DNA of 64,000 nucleotides from an uncultured Pseudomonadota bacterium (GCA_963774325.1 CAVZEF010000004.1:222958-286957); one strand, 5' to 3'; counted from the first letter of the stretch, positions 20,914 through 28,712 are shown. Notes: generated by a model from the sequence alone, not told the origin. A program made the numbers and translations.

Positions 20914-21981
20914 TTACATCGCCGCGACTGAGTTGACCGTGATGTGAATGATCTGGGCGTGGTACGGCTGATTGGCGCCGTTGAGCAGGTTGATGCTCGA
21001 GACGGGCTTGCCCATGTACATCGTGGGCACCTTGAGAGCCGGTTCACTGGGAACGCTGCGGCTCGCCGTGCACACGCCGGCGTATACGCCTGGGCCGCAG
21101 TTGTCGACGGCATGACAATTCGAGTCGCCCATGAACAGATCGACGCTGCCGCCGCCAGGCACGGGGATGGTCTTCGTGTAGTGCAGGAGGAACGTCTCGT
21201 GGTCCTCGTACGGCGTCGTGGTCTGCGGGAAAGAGTTCAGGTAGTAGTGGTTGAGCTCGGCGCCCCCCGGGTTCCTGACCACGAGCTTGTAGACGTTGTA
21301 GAACTCCTGCGCGACCGGCATGCCGCCCCGATAGAAGGTGTCGGTCCCCGCGGGGCCCTGCGCGTTCGCAACCACGCCGGTCCCGGCGTCGCGCATACCA
21401 CCGGTGTAGTACTTCGCTTCGGCCACGCCGTTGACCGTGAAGGTCATGTTGTACAGGGTTCCCTGCGTTCCACCCAGCGTGAAGGTTTCGGTCTGAGTGA
21501 AGCCGCGCGCCTCGAAGCTAGCGGCGTTCTGGTTGGGGCACTGCGTGCCGGTGGGAATCGTGATGCAGTCCTGAGCGGCTTGCTGATAACAGGGCACCAG
21601 GAAGAACGAGCTGGCCAAAGTTTCCCCGAATTGATTGGGAATGCCCGCAACGCCGGTCACGGTGACCGACCCGCCCGCGCCGGAACCACCCATGCCAGTG
21701 GTGCCGCCGCTGCCGCTGTTGCCGCCCCCGCCTGCGCCGCCGGCGCTGGAGCCACCGCTGCCGGAGCTGCCACCCGTGGTGCCACTGCTACCGCCCACGC
21801 CCGCGCCGCCCGTACCCGCCACGGTCCCGCCGCCTGCGCCGGCGGTGGTGGCGCCACCGCTGCCGGTCGCGCCGCCCTGGCTGGTGGCGGCGTCCGTCTT
21901 GATCACGTCCGGTTGCGAGCAAGCGATGATGCCCGCCGTCAATGACGGAAGCAGTAATTGGACGAATATCCGTGGTTTCAT
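20914..21981 (-). CDS. Hypothetical lipoprotein with Gly/Ser linker
   Basis: IIA-C lipobox, linker, Cys-containing beta-rich C-terminal domain. Confidence 0.7.
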   Translation of the reverse strand: MKPRIFVQLLLPSLTAGIIACSQPDVIKTDAATSQGGATGSGGATTAGAGGGTVAGTGGAGVGGSSGTTGGSSGSGGSSAGGAGGGGNSGSGGTTGMGGSGAGGSVTVTGVAGIPNQFGETLASSFFLVPCYQQAAQDCITIPTGTQCPNQNAASFEARGFTQTETFTLGGTQGTLYNMTFTVNGVAEAKYYTGGMRDAGTGVVANAQGPAGTDTFYRGGMPVAQEFYNVYKLVVRNPGGAELNHYYLNSFPQTTTPYEDHETFLLHYTKTIPVPGGGSVDLFMGDSNCHAVDNCGPGVYAGVCTASRSVPSEPALKVPTMYMGKPVSSINLLNGANQPYHAQIIHITVNSVAAM

Positions 21982-22128
21982 GGGGGAATCCTCCTCGGCG
22001 GCGGATTGGCCGGTTCGCGATGACACTCGTCGATACGGCAACAATCGCACTCGCGACAATCTCCGCCCGGGGCCTCGCAAACAAGGACGATTCCCGCCTA
22101 TCTTCGTAGGATTCCGGTACGAACCCAA

Positions 22129-23370
22129 TCAAGTGGTGCGAATTCGCCGTTTCTTGCGCGTTCGGAGCGCGCCAGGCGTGATTCCCAATCGTTGGCGAAA
22201 CACCGCGCCCATGTACTCCTGATGGCGAAAGCCAGCTCGTTCGGCGATCTCGATCAATGGCAGGTCAGTCTCTTGCAGCAATTGGCGTGCGCGGCTGAGC
22301 CGTACCCGGATGATCTCGTCGTGGATGCTTCGCCCGAGCAGGTCGCGGAACAGGCGCTGCAACACGCTGCGCGAGATGGGCACCGTTCGCACGACGTCAT
22401 CCACCTCGATCTCCTCGCAGGCATGCTCGCGGATGAAGCGCAGCGACCGGGCCACATTGCGGTCGTCGACGGCCAACGAGTCCGTCGAGACGCGGGCGTG
22501 GATACCCTTGGGGGGCAGCAGAATCGGAGCCACGGGGGGCGAGCCCTGGTGCATCAACGAGTCGAGCAGCCGCGCCGCCTCGTAACCAACCTGACGGTGG
22601 CTGGGCCACACGCTCGACAGAGGTGGGTCACTCACCTCGCACAGCGGTTCGTCATTGTCGACCCCGACCACCCCCACGTCGTCCGGCACGATGATGCCGT
22701 TGCTGCGACACGCTTCCAGGGTGTGCGGGCCGAGCTGGTCGGAAGCAATCATCAAGCCCGTCGGCCTGGACAGACCGACCAACCACGCAGCCAGCTCCGG
22801 CCCGCTGTCTTCCCAGCTCTCCTGCCGAGCGGTTTGACGGGACACGAAGTGAGTTTCACAAGGAAACCCCGCGTCGCCGACCCGTCTGGCAAAGGCCAGA
22901 GCCCGCCTGTCGGACCAGTTTTCGCCACGGATTCCCAGGAAGGCAAAGCGGCGATAGCCTTGATCCAGCAGATGCTCGGCGCCGACCTGTCCGATGGCCT
23001 GGTCGTCGACGTGGACGATGGGGAATGGCAACCCATCCACAACGCCCAGCACGTCGATGGTGGGAACACCCGCCATCGCGATGGCGCGCGCCACCCGCGG
23101 GTTCTGGACCCGCGCGATGATTCCGTCGCCGCGCCATCCCCTCAGCCAGCGCGGGACCGATTGCTCCAGCGAGCGCGGCTCGTGCGCGATTGACCAGGGC
23201 CCCTCCTCACGCAGGTAACTCGCGATACCGCGCAGGATCTCCCGTCCCGGCGCCAGCGACGTCTCGATGATCAGAGCGACTCGCTTGCGACCGGGCGTGG
23301 GAAGGACACGAGGAAGCGGGCGGCGCACGGCCGCGTGAGCGTAAGCGACTTCGGTGGCCTCAATCGTCAT
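22129..23370 (-). CDS. XylR-type regulator (periplasmic-binding-like domain + AraC HTH)
   Basis: GREILRGIA, WRGDGIIAR, VGAEHLL, VPDDVGVVGVDND, PPLSSV, C-terminal AraC (IRLFIREHAC-like helix, LIEIAERAGF...FRQRLGITPG). Confidence 0.9.
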   Translation of the reverse strand: MTIEATEVAYAHAAVRRPLPRVLPTPGRKRVALIIETSLAPGREILRGIASYLREEGPWSIAHEPRSLEQSVPRWLRGWRGDGIIARVQNPRVARAIAMAGVPTIDVLGVVDGLPFPIVHVDDQAIGQVGAEHLLDQGYRRFAFLGIRGENWSDRRALAFARRVGDAGFPCETHFVSRQTARQESWEDSGPELAAWLVGLSRPTGLMIASDQLGPHTLEACRSNGIIVPDDVGVVGVDNDEPLCEVSDPPLSSVWPSHRQVGYEAARLLDSLMHQGSPPVAPILLPPKGIHARVSTDSLAVDDRNVARSLRFIREHACEEIEVDDVVRTVPISRSVLQRLFRDLLGRSIHDEIIRVRLSRARQLLQETDLPLIEIAERAGFRHQEYMGAVFRQRLGITPGALRTRKKRRIRTT

Positions 23371-23555
23371 GTTGCCGGCTTTCTACAAAGATTGCTGTGA
23401 ACCCTCTAAGCAAGCCTCGAAGAACGATCAATCGGCGAGCGACTATTACGTGTGATCCAGAGGTCTTGGAGTCCAGATGCGCCGATGGTGGCAAATGCTC
23501 TCAATGCGCCATTGATGGCACCGAGCGGTCTCTTTGACGGCTGATTCCGTATTGC

Positions 23556-24695
23556 ATGACCTGTCGGCGATCTTTGGTCTGTGCTACCCAATGGCGCATG
23601 ACTCAGCATCCACGACATGACGCTCGGACGGTGGGACGCTGGATGAGGTTCGGAGCGGCAATTCTTTTCGCGGTCTCGGGTTGCGCGGGGGCAGCAACGG
23701 GCTCGCCAGCGGCAAGCGGGGGCGCGAGCGGCTCCGGTGGCGCGAACGGAGCCGGAGGTGCGGCGGCGACTGGAGGCTCGGGGGCCGGCGGCCTTGCTGC
23801 TGGCGCAGGCGGAGCCGTGGCCGGAACCGGTGGCAACGCCCTGGACGCGGGCAGCGACGCGGGACTGGGCGCAAGGACGGATGGGGGCATGGGCGGTGCG
23901 GCAGGGTCGGGTGCCGGAGGAGGCGCCGGTGGGCTCGGTGGTGCCGCGGGAACGACCAACTGCGCCGGTCATGCGGTCGCTTTCAACGCGAACGTCCCCG
24001 GCAACAACGATCCGGCGATGGCGCGTGTGATGGTCGACTTCATGAACAGCGCCGACCTGCCGATCGGGAACGCCAACCGGACCATCGAGCTCTGGGCGTT
24101 CGTCAGGACCTCGAGCTGGGTAGGCGACGCCAACACGCTGTTCTTCTACGGCACCAACAATCGCGTCGCCGACGGGTTCGGTCTCGACTTCGGCGGGGTC
24201 CCGGGAACCATCGATCCGTTCACGAACGCGATCTTCGACAACGACAATCAGCCGAGCGGGCTCGGCACCTCCAGCGACCAGTGGGCGCACTTCGCCATGA
24301 CGTGGGACGGCACCACCGTTCGGGCATTCGTCAACGGGGTGGAGAAGGCGAGCAAAACCTCGACCGTCGCACAGAAGACGCTGATGACGGGGCGTACGCC
24401 GCTGACGATCGGAGGCTATGCCCCCGCATTCTTCAACGGCTACATCGATGAGCTCCGGGTCTGGAACGTGGCCCGCGCGGCGGCCGACATCGCCCGCACG
24501 ATGCATACGACGCTGGCCGGCAGCGAGCCGGGACTGGTCGGCTACTGGAAGTTCGACGAGAGCAGCGGCACCACCGCCGCCGATTCCACGTCCGCCGCCG
24601 GTCATACGCCGCACCCGGGCGTGTTGATGGCGAATAGCATCGGCAACTTGCCGGCATTCGTTGTCTCGACGGCGCCGATCAGCTGTATTCCATGA
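23556..24695 (+). CDS. LamG/concanavalin-like domain lipoprotein
   Basis: AVSG-C lipobox, linker, RTIELW, WAHFAMTWDG...FVNG, FNGYIDELRVWN, GLVGYWKFDE; start may be later. Confidence 0.8.
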   Translation: MTCRRSLVCATQWRMTQHPRHDARTVGRWMRFGAAILFAVSGCAGAATGSPAASGGASGSGGANGAGGAAATGGSGAGGLAAGAGGAVAGTGGNALDAGSDAGLGARTDGGMGGAAGSGAGGGAGGLGGAAGTTNCAGHAVAFNANVPGNNDPAMARVMVDFMNSADLPIGNANRTIELWAFVRTSSWVGDANTLFFYGTNNRVADGFGLDFGGVPGTIDPFTNAIFDNDNQPSGLGTSSDQWAHFAMTWDGTTVRAFVNGVEKASKTSTVAQKTLMTGRTPLTIGGYAPAFFNGYIDELRVWNVARAAADIARTMHTTLAGSEPGLVGYWKFDESSGTTAADSTSAAGHTPHPGVLMANSIGNLPAFVVSTAPISCIP

Positions 24696-25166
24696 CCTCC
24701 ACGCGCGGGCACGAATCATCCCTCATGTACAAGGGAGGCCCTCCGTCAAACCGGTACACGAAATCGAGGCGTGCTTCCGCGCATGGCGGTTCGCGTCGTG
24801 CGATGTAATTTTTTTGCGGGGGAAATCCTCAGAGATCACCGGTGCATCGATTCTCTTCACCGCGCGCTTCAACGTGCGACCAAACAAATTCACCCTTGAC
24901 TGTGTCAACGCAAAAGATCACCCTGATTGGGCAATGACAAGGTTGTGCACATGGTCGATTTGCCGGACGGGATGCGAATCCCTTCGGGCGGTCGTGTGCG
25001 TGCGTTTGGCCGGTCGCCAGGGTCAAAAGCACACCCCCGGATCAGTCCCGTGCTCGTATTCCCAAGAGTCCGGGACCTTGAATTTTGGGGATAGCACCGG
25101 CGATAGCAATATCGCTATGGGGTGGCCAATCGGGTAGCTCGAACTGACTGTTCGCAGCCCGAGACG

Positions 25167-25195
25167 AGGCCGCCCCCCAAAAGGGCGGCCTTTTT
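25167..25195 (+). terminator. Intrinsic terminator 10 nt upstream of the tRNA array
   Basis: AGGCCGCCC-cccaaaa-GGGCGGCCT followed by TTTT. Confidence 0.75.
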
Positions 25196-25204
25196 GCGTT
25201 TCTG

Positions 25205-25283
25205 GCCTCTCGCGCTGGGACGCAACGGTGCCTGTAAAGCACTGGCCCTTGGGGTTTGCCTGGTTCGATTCCAGGGAGGGGCA
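25205..25283 (+). tRNA. trnY: tRNA-Tyr(GTA), shortened D-arm, no encoded CCA
   Basis: Acceptor GCCTCTC/GAGGGGC, loop CTGTAAA, long variable arm, T-arm CCTGG-TTCGATT-CCAGG. Confidence 0.8.
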
Positions 25284-25331
25284 CGACTGCCTGAAGCCGA
25301 GGAGAACGACGAATGACAGACGGCCAATTGC

Positions 25332-25401
25332 TCGGGGATCGCTAATGGCAGGCAAACCGCCTTTGAAGCGGTTGGTTGAGGTTCGAATCCTCATCCCCGA
25401 A
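25332..25401 (+). tRNA. trnQ: tRNA-Gln(TTG), no encoded CCA
   Basis: Acceptor TCGGGGA/TCCCCGA, ACCGC-CTTTGAA-GCGGT, TGAGG-TTCGAAT-CCTCA. Confidence 0.88.
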
Positions 25402-25405
25402 CGCC

Positions 25406-25436
25406 TGGCGCTCGCGACGCCACTGATCTTTGACAA
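25406..25436 (+). promoter_or_regulatory. boxB-like hairpin + boxA-like antitermination site
   Basis: TGGCG-ctcgcga-CGCCA then CTGATCTTTGACAA, resembling rrn boxA. Confidence 0.55.
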
Positions 25437-25491
25437 CCAAATAGTCGACGTGAAGGAGGCGGGACGCCATTCCCGCCGACATCGCCAATAC

Positions 25492-25564
25492 GCCCTCGGC
25501 GAATGGATCGCGGCCAGCGCTACGAACGCAGGCTTCGGAGGTTCGAGTCCTCTCGGGGGTACCA
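25492..25564 (+). tRNA. trnR: tRNA-Arg(ACG) with CCA
   Basis: Acceptor GCCCTCG/CGGGGGT, loop CTACGAA, GGAGG-TTCGAGT-CCTCT; atypical D-arm connector. Confidence 0.82.
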
Positions 25565-25565
25565 C

Positions 25566-25634
25566 GCCGGCGAGCTTCGGCAGCCCGGCGCCCTCATGAG
25601 GCGCGCGGAGATGGTTCGACTCCCTCCGCCGGTA
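25566..25634 (+). tRNA. tRNA with CAT anticodon (Met or Ile2), degenerate, 69 nt
   Basis: Acceptor GCCGGCG/CGCCGGT, GCGCC-CTCATGA-GGCGC, T-loop TTCGACT with one stem mismatch. Confidence 0.65.
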
Positions 25635-25648
25635 CGGCACGCACGCAC

Positions 25649-25722
25649 GCACGATTGTCCGAGCGGATAGGACCCGGTCTTCCAAACCGGAGAGGCGAGT
25701 TCGACTCTCGCATCGTGCTCCA
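25649..25722 (+). tRNA. trnG: tRNA-Gly(TCC) with CCA
   Basis: GCACGAT/ATCGTGC, CCGGT-CTTCCAA-ACCGG, GCGAG-TTCGACT-CTCGC, T-CCA. Confidence 0.92.
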
Positions 25723-25729
25723 AGCAGAA

Positions 25730-25798
25730 GGCCGCCGCGGCTGCTGGTTGCTCCGCCGGGACTGGGGGTCCCGGCGTTCCAGCGGAAGGGCGGCGGCC
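25730..25798 (+). other. Long nested stem-loop between tRNA-Gly and tRNA-Thr
   Basis: GGCCGCCGC/GCGGCGGCC, CTGCTGG/CCAGCGG and CGCCGGGAC/GTCCCGGCG nested pairings. Confidence 0.55.
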
Positions 25799-25806
25799 GA
25801 ACACGT

Positions 25807-25881
25807 GCCCTCGAAGCGTTGCTGGCGACGCGCCGGTTCCGTAAACCGGAGAACGCGGTTCGATTCCGCGCGGGGGCTCCA
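25807..25881 (+). tRNA. trnT: tRNA-Thr(CGT) with CCA (C33 instead of U33)
   Basis: GCCCTCG/CGGGGGC, D stem GCGT/ACGC, CCGGT-TCCGTAA-ACCGG, CGCGG-TTCGATT-CCGCG. Confidence 0.85.
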
Positions 25882-25882
25882 T

Positions 25883-25958
25883 TCCAGGGTGGCAGATCGG
25901 TTCATGCGCTCGCCTGTTGAGCGAGACGAGGCAGGTTCGATTCCTGCTCCTGGAGCCA
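25883..25958 (+). tRNA. trnN: tRNA-Asn(GTT) with CCA
   Basis: TCCAGGG/TCCTGGA, CTCGC-CTGTTGA-GCGAG, GCAGG-TTCGATT-CCTGC, G73. Confidence 0.92.
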
Positions 25959-25989
25959 CGCGCCCGCCGGTTCGCCGGCCGTACTTTCT

Positions 25990-26064
25990 GCTCACGTACG
26001 CATCTGGTGAGGCGGGCCGGTTGTCTCCCGGCTGAGAGGAGTTCGATTCTCCCCGTGGGCGCCA
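25990..26064 (+). tRNA. trnD: tRNA-Asp(GTC) with CCA (pyrimidine at 37)
   Basis: GCTCACG/CGTGGGC, GCCGG-TTGTCTC-CCGGC, T-loop TTCGATT, G73. Confidence 0.87.
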
Positions 26065-26092
26065 CCGCCTTTTTTTCGTTCGTCAGTGCAAC

Positions 26093-26166
26093 TGGCCCGT
26101 AGCTCAACGGGTAGAGGCAGACCGCTCAAGTCGGTCGGGTTGCGGGTTCGAATCCCGCCGGGCCAA
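26093..26166 (+). tRNA. trnL: tRNA with CAA anticodon (Leu) but short variable loop
   Basis: TGGCCCG/CGGGCCA, TA-GCTC D-arm, GACCG-CTCAAGT-CGGTC, 5-nt variable loop, GCGGG-TTCGAAT-CCCGC. Confidence 0.8.
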
Positions 26167-26184
26167 CAACCAAGGAGATCCGTC

Positions 26185-26459
26185 ATGTCCGCCGCCGCCG
26201 TCCTGTTCCTGGATGCGCAATACCGTCCCCTTCGCGTCGAACCCTGGCAGCGAGCGATCGCCGACTTCTTCCTCGGCAAGGTCGAGGTGGTGGCGTACAG
26301 CCGCGATCGGACCATCCAGGGAGTCGACCGCCAGCTGGTCTCACGCTGGCATCGAGACCCATCAAGCCACGCTACTTGCCCGCCGTCACCGTTCGGATCG
26401 GCCGGGGCTCGATCCCGGAGGAGTGGAGGCCGTACTGGTCGACGACGATCGATGCCTGA
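26185..26459 (+). pseudogene. HNH endonuclease remnant with internal deletion of the nuclease core
   Basis: AAGGAG RBS. N-terminus VLFLDAQYRPLRVEPWQRAIADFFLGKVEVV; after a frame change AGLTLASRPIKPRYLPAVTV...IPEEWRPYW-stop. No CxxC/HNH motifs in between. Confidence 0.7.
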
Positions 26460-26517
26460 AGCCTCTGCACCCGACCGTCACGTCGACTCGCGACCCGCGG
26501 CAGCGTAGGTTGTTGCG

Positions 26518-27336
26518 ATGGCCCTGCGCAGCGTCTTCCTGGACGAGCTGGCGATCGACGACGAACGCTCGTTCGCGCATGTCGCGCTCTACGGCCGCCT
26601 CAAAGAGGCGCTGATCCGTTCGCGGCACCGGTTCTGCATTCCGCAGGCGGACACGCAGCTCGGCTGGGACCGGGCGCTGTTTCTGAACCTGACGTACTGG
26701 AACAGCGAGGCGAGCACAGACGTGCTGTGCGACCGGAGCATCCCGGCAGACGTCGTCGCGCACGTGGCGTGGCATCACCTGGTAGGCCAGGAGCTCGGCC
26801 GGCGAGCCGCAGCCGTCACGGAGGCGGGCTCACCGGTGCCGCCGTCGGCGGCGGCGTTGTTCTTCGCTGAATCAATCGCCAGCGCGTTCGATCTCTATCT
26901 CGTGGGCCGCTTGATCCCGAACGCGCCGGATTCGGGCTTCGTCACGACGCAGGTGCCGCTGATGGCGGAGCGCGCGCAGGAGGCGGGCTTGTCAGAGACG
27001 GCGTTCGCGGCTTTGCTCGAAGACGTCACTGCCGAGCCGGAGCGCGCGTTCGAGGACATGCGCGCCCTGCTCCTGGACACGGCCGGCGCGCTGCTGATCT
27101 GCCGCGGAGCCGAGGAGGCGGAGGCCGCGCTCGCCAGCTTCGACGGCCACCGCTTCGCGCCCCTGCTGCACCACTTCGAGCTGTCGAACTGGATCCTCTA
27201 CGCGCGCGCCTATGCGCCCCCGCCCTCGCGCCCCGACCCCGTGGTGCAACCGCTGGACGCGCTCCTCCGCAGCGCCCCCGTCGCGCTCGACTGGCTCGCC
27301 GACAACTGCATCGACGCGGCCCACGAGCGCCCGTAG
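26518..27336 (+). CDS. Hypothetical protein (helical; HVAWHH...E motif)
   Basis: 272-aa ORF with coding-like codon usage. Confidence 0.75.
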   Translation: MALRSVFLDELAIDDERSFAHVALYGRLKEALIRSRHRFCIPQADTQLGWDRALFLNLTYWNSEASTDVLCDRSIPADVVAHVAWHHLVGQELGRRAAAVTEAGSPVPPSAAALFFAESIASAFDLYLVGRLIPNAPDSGFVTTQVPLMAERAQEAGLSETAFAALLEDVTAEPERAFEDMRALLLDTAGALLICRGAEEAEAALASFDGHRFAPLLHHFELSNWILYARAYAPPPSRPDPVVQPLDALLRSAPVALDWLADNCIDAAHERP

Positions 27337-27433
27337 ACGGGCGGCGCCGGCGCCGGTCGAGCGCTCGGATGGGGGCATCGCGGAAGAGGACGGGCTGCTC
27401 GTAGCCGTGACGCCGGTTGATGCCGCCGAGCCT

Positions 27434-27745
27434 TCATCGGTTGGCGGGCGCGCCTTCGCCCTCCAGATCCTTTTCGATGCGCCGCATGTGCTGCTCCTGC
27501 TGGTGCTCCACTTCCTGGCGAACCCGGTCGGGCGTCACCTGCTGATCCGGATGGGTAAAGGCGGCGCTCTTGCGCGTGTCGTAGCAGCGCTGCGCGAGAC
27601 AAGCCCACCCGTCGTCGCAGTCCTGGTTGGACGCGCAGGCCTTCGGCGCCGGTGCTTCATGCGGCTTCGCGCGCGGGCAGGCCGCCGCGCCGAGCGCCGC
27701 CGCGAGGACCAACGAGACCAGGAGCGCGCTGGGCCGAGACGTCAC
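27434..27745 (-). CDS. Small Cys-motif lipoprotein
   Basis: LGAAA-C lipobox, CASNQDCDDGWACLAQRC. Confidence 0.7.
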   Translation of the reverse strand: MTSRPSALLVSLVLAAALGAAACPRAKPHEAPAPKACASNQDCDDGWACLAQRCYDTRKSAAFTHPDQQVTPDRVRQEVEHQQEQHMRRIEKDLEGEGAPANR

Positions 27746-28064
27746 GTGCGCGATTTTATCGGACGGCGACGGCGATTGGCAAACCGGCCGTCGGTTTTGT
27801 GAACCGAGGAGCAGCAGCTAGTTAGAAACCATGCTCTGCTCCGCATAGGTGATCGACGTCATGCGGAGCTTTGCCACCTGTGCGATATCGGGCTCGCGCT
27901 CTGGCGTCGATCTTCTTCCATCTCGCCTCGCCCACGATGCCGTGCTCGGTCAGCTTCCGCGCGACGTGCTGCTAGTGTCCTGTCTCAGAAATCCGCCTGC
28001 ATTCGGGCGCGCCTGCGGCCCGCTCGCTTCGTTGCTCGTCGCTTACGCTGGCGCTTCACGGTGA

Positions 28065-28358
28065 CGCGCGGGGGCCGAATGCCTGCGTTTCGAAAGCACC
28101 GACAACGACAACTTCAAGCTGGTCGTCAACGGTGCCGCCGTCACACAGACGCTGCCGCGGCCTGCCAGCACGAACGTCACCATCACCTGCCCCGACCGCA
28201 CCAGCTATTCCAATTCGAACCCGATCTCGCTGCTGTCCTGCGATCCGGGCGGGCCGCTTTCGGAGGGCTACAGCTCCAACGCCACCAGCGTGAGCCTCGT
28301 GCTCCAACTCTTTCGAAACAGCGCCGCCCCTCTGTCGATGTTCGACTGCACGCGGTAG
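28065..28358 (+). pseudogene. Start-less gene fragment (C-terminus of a probable secreted protein)
   Basis: Open frame LRFESTDNDNFKLVVNG...TITCPD...LLSC...MFDCTR-stop, preceded by an in-frame TGA at 28062-28064. Confidence 0.35.
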
Positions 28359-28712
28359 CGAAGTCGAACGAACCTATCTGCGAAGGCGACGGCGGCGCCG
28401 GTCGTCCTTGCCGACGGTCGATGATTTCGAGCTCGACGGCGCGCCGTACGCTGACCTCACCGCGGACGGGAATTCTGACGGCGGCCGTTCTTGGGAATCA
28501 GCAGGCGCATCGCCTTGAAAAACGCCTTCGCGGACTTGCTGTCATTCTTTGAAACCCATGTTTTTGCCATCGGATGAGCGTGCGCGTTCTCGACGGATAA
28601 CGCCATCTTTAGTTGTTTCCATGGCGCGGGCGGTCGGGACCAGTGCTTGTCGGACAGCTCGAGTCATCTAGACAGCCCGCGGATGAGATCCATCCTATAC
28701 TCGGCAAAAGCG

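Noticed and set aside
24896-24908. TTGAC-N3-GTCAA palindrome in the AT-richer intergenic region
   Set aside because: Single copy, about 200 bp from the likely array promoter, no assignable regulator
25123-25138. TGGCCAATCGGGTAGC as a sigma54 promoter for the tRNA array
   Set aside because: GG-to-GC spacing is 11, not the required 10
25313-25345. GAGGAG + ATG micro-ORF (MTDGQLLGDR) inside the array
   Set aside because: Overlaps tRNA-Gln, has only 10 codons and no other support
25637-25652. (GCAC)4 microsatellite at the start of tRNA-Gly
   Set aside because: Simple slippage duplication with no functional evidence
26122-26136. Reading the last tRNA as a TCA (Sec/opal suppressor) anticodon
   Set aside because: The 5-bp stem gives a 7-nt loop centred on CAA, and Sec-specific long arms are absent
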